From a virus, in the IMG/VR virus record IMGVR_UViG_3300012352_000355, positions 32,001-96,000 of that record: a stretch of DNA of 64,000 nt. One strand, written 5' to 3'. A program made the position numbers and the translations under genes. Below are positions 18,467-26,800 of the stretch, piece by piece. Position 1 is the first letter of the stretch, and every line of letters begins with the position of its first letter. The notes under the pieces were generated by a model. That model made no database searches. It had not been told where the DNA came from and saw only the letters and a list, made by a program, of their open reading frames with translations.

Positions 18467-18763
18467 ATGAAAGATATCACTCTAAAACCTGGAACATTCA
18501 GTGAACCCTTGGAAAATGCTTCTGGCAAAGGTCCTGGGAAATCACTTGTAAAATTTATCCTGAAGGTTTTGTCTAGTAGCTCTACTTGCTGCGACAAAAC
18601 TTTTGCTTACGGAACAGTTAACAATTCTACCGTTACTCTTTTGTCTTACACCACTGCAGAATTGGCTGCATTGACTACTAAGCCAGAAGGTACCTTGGCA
18701 TACGATACTACTTTGAACAAAGTACACGTATACAATGGTTCTACTTGGGTAGCTCTCCACTAA
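18467..18763 (+). CDS. Small structural protein (head fibre/decoration-like)
   Basis: C-terminal PEGTLAYDTTLNKVHVYNGSTW, a motif common in phage fibre proteins. Confidence 0.65.
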   Translation: MKDITLKPGTFSEPLENASGKGPGKSLVKFILKVLSSSSTCCDKTFAYGTVNNSTVTLLSYTTAELAALTTKPEGTLAYDTTLNKVHVYNGSTWVALH

Positions 18764-18772
18764 TCACTAAAT

Positions 18773-18802
18773 AAAAGGGGGAGGTAATACTCCCCTCTTT
18801 TT
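18773..18802 (+). terminator. Rho-independent terminator
   Basis: AAAAGGGGGAG / CTCCCCTCTTTTT. Confidence 0.75.
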
Positions 18803-18809
18803 AAAAACT

Positions 18810-19316
18810 ATGAACGTACAACTCAACTTAGAAGCACTTAAAGCAAAGGATTGTTCTTACTTGTCAATCCTTGATACATCAGTATATCCATTAGCTCCTG
18901 ATACAGCAGAGATCTCTATCTCAGTACCAGGGTATGATAATCCATTTACCTTTGATTACACTATCGGTGAGATCAATGTATTTAACTCTTACAACTTTGG
19001 ATTTACTACTTCGTCTACTACTGGCTTTACTGCTCTACCTGATGGCGTTTATACATTAACTATTACTACTTGTCCTGATACAGGAGTCAACACTCGTTAT
19101 CACTTGAGGACTTGTAAAATTGATTGTCGTCTAGGCGTACAGTGGGCTAAGTATGTAGACTGCTGTGAAGATGAGAAGACACTTTATTACTTAGACAAAA
19201 TTGAGTTTTTGTTGAAGGGAGCTGAGGCACATGCTGACCTTTGCAACCCTGCAAAAGCTACTGAATTATATAAGAAAGCCGATGACCTACTCAAACGAAT
19301 TGAGCTTGACTGTTAA
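18810..19316 (+). CDS. Tail hub/collar-like structural protein
   Basis: LPDGVYTLT motif and Cys-rich helical C-terminus; position before the fibre genes. Confidence 0.6.
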   Translation: MNVQLNLEALKAKDCSYLSILDTSVYPLAPDTAEISISVPGYDNPFTFDYTIGEINVFNSYNFGFTTSSTTGFTALPDGVYTLTITTCPDTGVNTRYHLRTCKIDCRLGVQWAKYVDCCEDEKTLYYLDKIEFLLKGAEAHADLCNPAKATELYKKADDLLKRIELDC

Positions 19317-19470
19317 GAAAAAACTTGCTAATGCTGCCTACAAAGAACTACAGCATATCAAGTACTTAACAAAACCCTATTACAAAAAGTCTAGAGCATT
19401 AGCACGCTTCCTTAAGTATGCTGATTGTCTAGATTGCGACACACAAGCAACCTTGAAAATTAAACTTTAA
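19282..19470 (+). CDS. Small hypothetical structural protein
   Basis: Likely start ATG19282 (MTYSNEL...); CLDC near the C-terminus. Confidence 0.55.
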   Translation: MTYSNELSLTVKKKLANAAYKELQHIKYLTKPYYKKSRALARFLKYADCLDCDTQATLKIKL

Positions 19471-19474
19471 AACA

Positions 19475-19999
19475 ATGACTAACTGCTGCCCCAATAACAA
19501 CTGCGTAGAAATCGTTCCTTCTGGGTGCGTAAAGTATACAGGTACTCCTACTACAGGAGGTCTGATTGATTCCTTTAATTCTTGTGACCCTTATCTGAAT
19601 GACTTGCTTAAGTTGTTGGATGATAATGTTACTACACTTGATGCACGAGTAGGTTTAGATAAAACTACTTTTGATGCAGCTAATACTGCTTGTGGTACTA
19701 CTCCAGTTATCTCAATGACAGGAGTAACAGTTAAGGATGATAAGTACTACTCTGCTGATGTAGTTATTAAGTTGGTAGGAGTTATTTGTGAATTGCGTTC
19801 TCGTCTCAACTACCTTACTACAGAAGACATTAACTCTAATCTAGGTAATCTCCACTGGGAAGACTTGCCTTTGAGTCCTTCTTTTAAAGCTTGGTTGACA
19901 GATAAATGTCTTGGAGATGATCCATGTGGTACAGGTGCTCCTACTACATTGGGTGGATTATTGAGAGCTATCATTACTAAACTTTGTACTTGCTGCTAA
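19475..19999 (+). CDS. Cys-rich fibre-like structural protein
   Basis: NCCPNNNC, CVKYTG, terminal CTCC; shares the C..Y.G motif with the next gene. Confidence 0.65.
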   Translation: MTNCCPNNNCVEIVPSGCVKYTGTPTTGGLIDSFNSCDPYLNDLLKLLDDNVTTLDARVGLDKTTFDAANTACGTTPVISMTGVTVKDDKYYSADVVIKLVGVICELRSRLNYLTTEDINSNLGNLHWEDLPLSPSFKAWLTDKCLGDDPCGTGAPTTLGGLLRAIITKLCTCC

Positions 20000-20001
20000 T
20001 T

Positions 20002-21678
20002 ATGTCTACTTGTCTTGATTGTTTCGGAACATATACAAACACTCCCTGCGATTCAGTAGGGTGTTTGTCAACTAACTACGGTAAGTGTATCACTTACTCT
20101 GGTTTGCCCTTAGCCTGTGGAACAGGTGCTATTTCAACTGTTAGCAAAGCAGGTTTAGCTTTAAGTCCTACTGTAATAACTGAGTACACCGTTTCTCCTA
20201 CAGGAGGATCAGGTTCATCTGCCTCTGTAAAAGTTACACGTACTCCTGGTTCTAACGCTTACACAGTAACTCTTCTTAACGGAGGTTCAGGTTATACAGT
20301 AGGTAACTTCCTCACTGTATTGGGAACTTCTTTGGGTGGAGCGACTCCTGCAAATGATTTGACATTGCAAGTAACAACTCTTGCAGCTATTATCAATACT
20401 GGAGCTAACTTAGACGTTGTAGTATCAAATCTACACCAACGTATCTGTAACCTTACAGCATCAGGTTTAGATTACTCTGCATACTCATACAGTTGTTTGA
20501 GAGTAGGTGGAGCATTGACAGGTATTGGTACACCCATTACAAGTGCTCAACAATTTGTAGAATCTACTGCAAGTGCTTTGTGTTCTTTGAATACTCGTAC
20601 TCTTGCTTTAGAGACTCCTACCTTTACAGTTCCTGGTTGTATCTCTTTGACTTCTGGGGTATCTACTCTTAGTCAGATCTTGACTGCATACGGATCTAAA
20701 ATCTGTACTATCAATACAAGTGTTGATATGACTGGGATTTTGGGTAATCCTTGTATTGCTTTTGCATTCTCTACTAAGCCTACTTCTACTGTAGTTTCTG
20801 ATTACTTTAACTGGGTAACTAGTAACATGTGCTCAATGTACCAAGATCTTTCAAGTGACTTGGTTACTACAGGCGCAACTGTAGCTAGTTTGAAAACTTA
20901 CGTAGCAGGTGTAGGATCTATTCCTGCATCTATTAATACTTCTTGTATCCCTGGTGGTTCTAGCACAAGTACTTTGAGTGCAGCAGCTATCTTGTTTACT
21001 AGTCAGATCTGTGCTATCAACACGGCATTGGCTTCTATTCCAGCTACTAACTACGCTTTGACTTGGGCTACTAACTTTGGTTCTACTGCTTACTATGGTT
21101 ATACTTTTAACTATACTAACACAAGCACTACTCTTCAAACACAATTGGATCGTGTAGTAGCTACTTTGGGTAGAATGAAGCTTAAGTTGAATCCTGCTCA
21201 CTTTACTGCTACCAGTGATTCAGATGGTCTTAACATCTCTCTAGTTAGTACAGGTGGTGGCGCTACCCCAAGTTTTGTAAACTTGACAGCTGGCACTCTT
21301 ACTAACGCTGTAGTAGTCTCTTCTGCAAGATTCCCTATTGGTAGTTTGCCTAAACTTCAGAAGTATGGTAACGTTGTTACTATCATTGGAAGTTTGGCTG
21401 TAAATGCTACTGGTTCATTTACTTGGACTCACGGACAATCTTTAACTATTGCAAACATTCCTGCAGGTTATGCACCTCTCTATACTCAAGTGTTCGATGT
21501 ATTGATTCTTAAGTATGCTACAACTTCTGGTACTCCATCTACGGCTGTATACCATGGTGCATGCTATTTGAACGGTACTGATCTTGTTGTAGAGTTGAAT
21601 AACCCAGCAGCTTCAGTGACATTATCTGGTACAGAATCCCTCGAAATTTTTGTCGGAGGAAGATCGTACGCAGTTTAA
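20002..21678 (+). CDS. Tail fibre/spike protein (Thr/Ser/Gly/Cys-rich)
   Basis: Likely start ATG20002; repeated L...IC.IN segments; GGSGYTVG motif; C-terminal K.GNVV.I.G...IANIPAGYAP receptor-binding-type domain. Confidence 0.75.
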   Translation: MSTCLDCFGTYTNTPCDSVGCLSTNYGKCITYSGLPLACGTGAISTVSKAGLALSPTVITEYTVSPTGGSGSSASVKVTRTPGSNAYTVTLLNGGSGYTVGNFLTVLGTSLGGATPANDLTLQVTTLAAIINTGANLDVVVSNLHQRICNLTASGLDYSAYSYSCLRVGGALTGIGTPITSAQQFVESTASALCSLNTRTLALETPTFTVPGCISLTSGVSTLSQILTAYGSKICTINTSVDMTGILGNPCIAFAFSTKPTSTVVSDYFNWVTSNMCSMYQDLSSDLVTTGATVASLKTYVAGVGSIPASINTSCIPGGSSTSTLSAAAILFTSQICAINTALASIPATNYALTWATNFGSTAYYGYTFNYTNTSTTLQTQLDRVVATLGRMKLKLNPAHFTATSDSDGLNISLVSTGGGATPSFVNLTAGTLTNAVVVSSARFPIGSLPKLQKYGNVVTIIGSLAVNATGSFTWTHGQSLTIANIPAGYAPLYTQVFDVLILKYATTSGTPSTAVYHGACYLNGTDLVVELNNPAASVTLSGTESLEIFVGGRSYAV

Positions 21679-21687
21679 TATAAACCT

Positions 21688-21757
21688 TGACAGGGTTTTT
21701 TTGGTTGGTTTTCCTGTCATCTTGCTAGTAGGAGCCTGCGAAAGTGGGCTCTTCTAG
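21688..21757 (+). terminator. Two tandem stem-loops ending the fibre operon
   Basis: TGACAGG / CCTGTCA (21688-21719) and CTAGTAGGAGCCTGC-GAAA-GTGGGCTCTTCTAG (21725-21757). Confidence 0.55.
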
Positions 21758-21771
21758 TTCTTAAATAACAC

Positions 21772-21802
21772 TTGACTTAACTTTAAAATTAAATTATATT
21801 TG
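21772..21802 (+). promoter_or_regulatory. Bacteroidota promoter (TTG-N20-TATATTTG) for the tail operon
   Basis: Consensus match upstream of ATG21839. Confidence 0.75.
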
Positions 21803-21838
21803 TATTAGACCTTAAATTGACCCAAACTATATTCTGAC

Positions 21839-22480
21839 ATGTACACGAATTCGGATTTAATTGCCAGAGTCAAAAGCGCTAACAAGTTTGTTAGTGATGA
21901 TGACATGATTAGTGATCGTTATATATACGGGTTACTTAAGACTAAAGCTTCTACATTATTGAGAAGAGAGATCAACCTAAGAAGGTTGCTTACTTCAGAT
22001 AATGTTTACCAAGCTTATGAATGCGTACACTTAATCGAAGCTCCTGGTTCAGAGTGTGATTTGAAATGCCCTATACGTAGAACTAAAAACAAACTACCTA
22101 AAATTGATGAGGGCTTGTATTCTTACTTTATCCAGGGTGTGTTCAACACTTCTAACTCGGAGGAACTTTTTCCTACTACTATTAGAGATTTTATTAATCA
22201 TAGTTCTTTACGTTTTAAGACCCCTAAAAAATACTATACTATCCGCAATGGATACCTTTATGTTTTAGACCCTGATGTAGAGTGTGTGAATATGTATGCT
22301 TACTTTACAGAGTCTATTGAAGACTTAGACGGTAGTCAGTGCATGAGCATGTACGATAAACAGTTTAAGTTTCCTGGATACTTAACTGATACATTAATCG
22401 AGATGTGCAATCAGTCGCTTATCAACTATCATAAGTTACCTTATGAGACAGAGGATAACAACAGAGACGAACCCAACTAA
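21839..22480 (+). CDS. Tail ring protein
   Basis: SDD..ISDRYI, RTKNKLP, YYTIRNGYLY motifs; crAss-like order before the HU-like, tube and muzzle genes. Confidence 0.7.
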   Translation: MYTNSDLIARVKSANKFVSDDDMISDRYIYGLLKTKASTLLRREINLRRLLTSDNVYQAYECVHLIEAPGSECDLKCPIRRTKNKLPKIDEGLYSYFIQGVFNTSNSEELFPTTIRDFINHSSLRFKTPKKYYTIRNGYLYVLDPDVECVNMYAYFTESIEDLDGSQCMSMYDKQFKFPGYLTDTLIEMCNQSLINYHKLPYETEDNNRDEPN

Positions 22481-22482
22481 TT

Positions 22483-22986
22483 ATGTCGAAAGACTTTATA
22501 AAACCAAACAAACAAACCTACGTTAGACTTAAAGAAAGAGACACTAGTTCTGATACTAATTATCTCAGTCTTAAAGCCTATCATCTGTTCTTAAAAGAAA
22601 CTAAACGTAAAGACATTACCTATAAGCAGTTTTGTGGTGTTCCTAAAAAGATCCACTTAAAACTTGTGGAGAGGTTGTTACGAGGAAGATACTCTCTGAG
22701 GTTCCCAAACTTCGGATCAATTAAAATTGTAAAAACTGAAAATGCACTTAAAGAAGGTAAACATACAATTATTAATTGGAAATACTATAAAGAAACAGGT
22801 ATCAAAGTGCCTTATAGAAACTCACATACCGATGGTGCCATCTATAAGTTTCACTTGTATCCATATTCTAAACGAGTAGCACAATTTGGTTTCTATGACT
22901 TACGAATGTCTAACAGACATAAGAAAGCCTTAGCAGACGCAATTAATAATAACAAGATAAACATTTCACCACCTCCCCAATACTAA
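22483..22986 (+). CDS. HU/IHF-like basic protein of the tail module
   Basis: LRFPNFGSIKIVK, INWK..K, NSHTDG..YKF motifs. Confidence 0.7.
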   Translation: MSKDFIKPNKQTYVRLKERDTSSDTNYLSLKAYHLFLKETKRKDITYKQFCGVPKKIHLKLVERLLRGRYSLRFPNFGSIKIVKTENALKEGKHTIINWKYYKETGIKVPYRNSHTDGAIYKFHLYPYSKRVAQFGFYDLRMSNRHKKALADAINNNKINISPPPQY

Positions 22987-22990
22987 AAAA

Positions 22991-23833
22991 ATGAAATACG
23001 ATAACACTAACTTTATTTCTTCTGAACCTCTAGTTGCTGAAGTTAAGCAGGAGCTTAAGTCGTACTTTGAAGCTGGTGCTATCAGTGAGGTTTTGATTCC
23101 CACCATTATAGATCAGGCACTCCGTAAACTTAGAGTTATGGTACTTAAGCCTGAAGAAGTTGTACTTACATTCTCTGGATATAAATCTGAATTACCTTGT
23201 GACTTTGCTTTACTTGATCATGCTTTGTTGTATGAAGCAGATGTAGAGTGGTATGCAGGAGTTAATTCTATGAGAGGGTACTGGTGGCAAAACCTCGAAT
23301 GCACAGGAGGTTGTGATGGAGGAGATTGCGTTAAGCAAGAAAACTACTACGAGACTATCAGCGTACCTACTCCTGGATTTAAACTTACAATGAAGCACCC
23401 TAAGATGCTTCGTGTTTACCATGGCTCTAAAGCCTTGTGTACAGAAGGGTGTGAGAACTTAAGTGTTTCCTCTCCTGATGTTTTACAAATTTTCCCGAAT
23501 AAAAGCATTACTGCTACGTTTGAAACAGGCTGTGTTTACCTTAGATATTACTCACGTCCAATGGACGATGATAACTTACCTATGGTGCCAGAAATTCTTG
23601 AGGTTGAAGAGTATGTCAAGTCTTATCTTAAGTTTAAATTTTTTGAGCAGCTTTGGCATTCAGTAGTTGATGAGAGTCAGCGTCAGGTAGAAGCTAAGTT
23701 TCAGTACTACAGACAAGATCAATTGAATAAACTACAAGCTGCTAATGGATTCTTGTTGACTTACACTAAGCAACAGATGGCAGATAACGTAGCTAGAACC
23801 AGAACTCGCTTTAATAAGTTCTACATCTCCTAA
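22991..23833 (+). CDS. Tail tubular/ring protein
   Basis: ELPCDF, F.TGCVYLRY..RPMDDDNLPMVPE motifs; directly before the muzzle gene. Confidence 0.75.
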   Translation: MKYDNTNFISSEPLVAEVKQELKSYFEAGAISEVLIPTIIDQALRKLRVMVLKPEEVVLTFSGYKSELPCDFALLDHALLYEADVEWYAGVNSMRGYWWQNLECTGGCDGGDCVKQENYYETISVPTPGFKLTMKHPKMLRVYHGSKALCTEGCENLSVSSPDVLQIFPNKSITATFETGCVYLRYYSRPMDDDNLPMVPEILEVEEYVKSYLKFKFFEQLWHSVVDESQRQVEAKFQYYRQDQLNKLQAANGFLLTYTKQQMADNVARTRTRFNKFYIS

Positions 23834-23838
23834 TTTTA

Positions 23839-26800
23839 ATGCAAAACAAAATCAATCAGAACACGGCAGGTTTAAACCTTGATTCGGTTAATTACCAGAT
23901 CAAGGAAAACATGATTACGTATGCCTTGAATGCAAACGTGCAGTCTCATGATGGTAACTCAACCACATATACTAACGAGCCTTCAAACCAAATCTGTTAT
24001 GATTTTAGTTTAACTTATCCTGGATTTAAAATACTTAATGTTTTAAGTATTACAGAACAGTCTAAGTTAGTTGTTTTCTTAGCTCACCCTGATGGCAGAT
24101 CTCTTATTGGAGAGTTAACTAATCTAAATAAAGATTGTACTACACTAACAGAAACAGAAACAGATTGTGGTTGTATCTCTGGAACAGTAGTAACTAACGT
24201 AGTGAATAGTGCAACAGGTTGCTGCACTTTTACCCCATTGATTGTAGATAACTGTTGTGATTGTACAGATTGCTACACATACTCTGCTCAATCAATAAAC
24301 AATACTCCTTACTCTATAACCTACGTAAACTGTAACGGAGTAGAAGTAACAGATACTTTTCCTTCAGGTATAGGAACATTCACTGCTAGAAAGAACAAAT
24401 ATATTCTTCCTTCAGATGTTGAGATACTTGATAGCAATCTAGAGTCTCAAGGACAGTGTGTTCCTAAAACTTCTGACTGCTGTCTAAAATTGTCTACGGA
24501 TTTTCCTGTGTACGCTGAGTACAGAATTGATAACTGTGAAACAAAGGTCTACTTTATTGCAAGAAATATACAACCTCGTTACTTCTCTTTAGAAGAACCT
24601 TTGGGTCGTGATCAATGTGGAGATGCCCTTGACTGTCTTACAGACGCTTGTGAGCGCTTAAAACTATTCCCTGACTTCTGTCAAGCAGATATCTATCCAA
24701 CAGCAATTGACTCAGGTGGAAGACTTAAGGGAGGTGTATACTCTTTCTCAGTGGCTTATGCAGATGAGAATGGAAAAGAACTTACAGATTACGTAGACTT
24801 CAGTAATCCTATTGCAATCTTTGAGAGAGCTATTACTGAACAAACAGAGTACGAAACCTCTAAGTCTATCAGAGTATCAATAGACCACAGTACTACAATC
24901 TTTGATTACTTTAATCTAGTTGTAGCAGAAAATATAAATGAAGTAACTACATACCAACTGGTAGGTACTTACAGAGTAAATCAATCTACCTATAGAGACT
25001 CTTTAGTTTATACTGGAGACTATTCTTCTACTTTCTCTTCTATTGTTCCTCTCATTCGCAGTCCTCACTACGAGACAGCAGAGATTATTGAGAAACAGAA
25101 TGACATCTTGATGTTAGCTGATTTGGTAGAGACTCCTAAGTATAACTTTCAATTACTTGCTAATAAGATTAAACTTCGCTGGGAAACTGTAAAGATGCCA
25201 GTTGATAATAAGTTTGATTACTCTAATCCAGAAATCGCTTACTTCTTTAGAACTTATCAGAGGGATGAAGTTTATCCTTTTGGTATTAAGTTTAAACTAA
25301 AGAACGGTAAGTATACAGATGTATTTCATATTCCAGGTAGAGAAGTATTTCCAAACTCAGATGAGAGATCACTTATCTATCATGATAGTAACCCAGATGC
25401 ATTTGGTACAGTTAACGATTGTATAGTTACAGACAGAGAAGAGAAATGGAAAGTATACAACACAGCTACAACTGGTATTACTCCTCCTAACAATACTCCT
25501 TCTTTACAAGAAGCTCAATACTCTTGTAAGATTACAGTAGAAACTGGTGGAGAATTTGCTTACTGGGAATCTACTGAAACTTATCCTTGTTATGAAGAAG
25601 TATGGGGAGCCTTAGCAGGTCAACCTATTCGTCACCACAAGTTTCCAGAAAATGCTAAGTCACATATCCACGCAGATGGGGATGACTTTATCTATCCTAT
25701 CGGAGTACGTCTCTGGAGTGAAAGTTTGTTTGCATCTATCCTAGATACAGAAACAGTTTACGATCCTTTGAATACTTACGGTAATCATCAGATACCTGTT
25801 AAAGAGTTGATCTGTGGTTATGAGTTAGTAAGAGGTAATCGTGTAAACAATAAGTCAGTAGTAGCTAAAGGACTTGTTTATGATGTAGGATCTTTCAAAG
25901 ATGTTAAGTCAGGTAAAGAATTCTACTACCCTAACTATCCTTACAACTCTTTGGAGGATGACGCTTACATCAAATCTACTCCAGACTGGTATAACAAAGC
26001 TGATAGAGGTATTGATGATCCTGACTATGGAATGGCTTTGCATAAGGGATTCAATGTTATTGGTTCTCGTTACACATTTCACTCACCTGATACACACTTC
26101 CAGTATCCTAAGATTGGTACAGAACTTAAACTAGAAACTGTAGAGTATGGTAAAGTACAGGGTAAGTTTATTCCTGTATTAGATCATCCACAGTATAAGT
26201 TTTTGACAACTGCAGACTATGCGGTTACTGCAGTATTAGCAGATGCTTTATCTTTAGCTTTTGAATCAGAACTTACAACTACTCCTACTCCAGGAGCTGC
26301 AACTAGGTGGAAAGCAGATGCCCTAGCTATACTTACAAATAACCAGATATTTATAGATCTACTTGAAAAGTTAATTCCTAACACAAACTTTGCTTATCAG
26401 TTTAATTCAGTAGGAGAATACAAAAGATTCCTTCCTATTACAACTATAGGCAATAGAAGAAGATTCTTAGATATTGGTCTATACGCTAATGACAAGATTG
26501 TAGAACTGAACGATGACAAACCTCTTCACAACAGACTAAGAGAAACTTCAGTTTATCTCAAGACTAGTGGATCATTCTCTACAGAGTATGCTAGTATTGT
26601 AGATAATAGTCGTTACACAATAGGACAAAAGAACCTTCAAGATAATCCAGAACAAATTGTTGAGAGTGACACAAGGGCATACTACGCTTCTATTAAAAGA
26701 AACTTCCCTAATCAGTATGGACAGATTGAAAATATTAAATACGTTTCTACTGGTTACTCCTGTTCTGTCTACACAGATATTACTGGTACTTTGCAAATTA

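Noticed and set aside
19475-21678. Diversity-generating retroelement acting on fibre or lectin genes
   Set aside because: No reverse transcriptase and no template/variable repeat pair seen in the window
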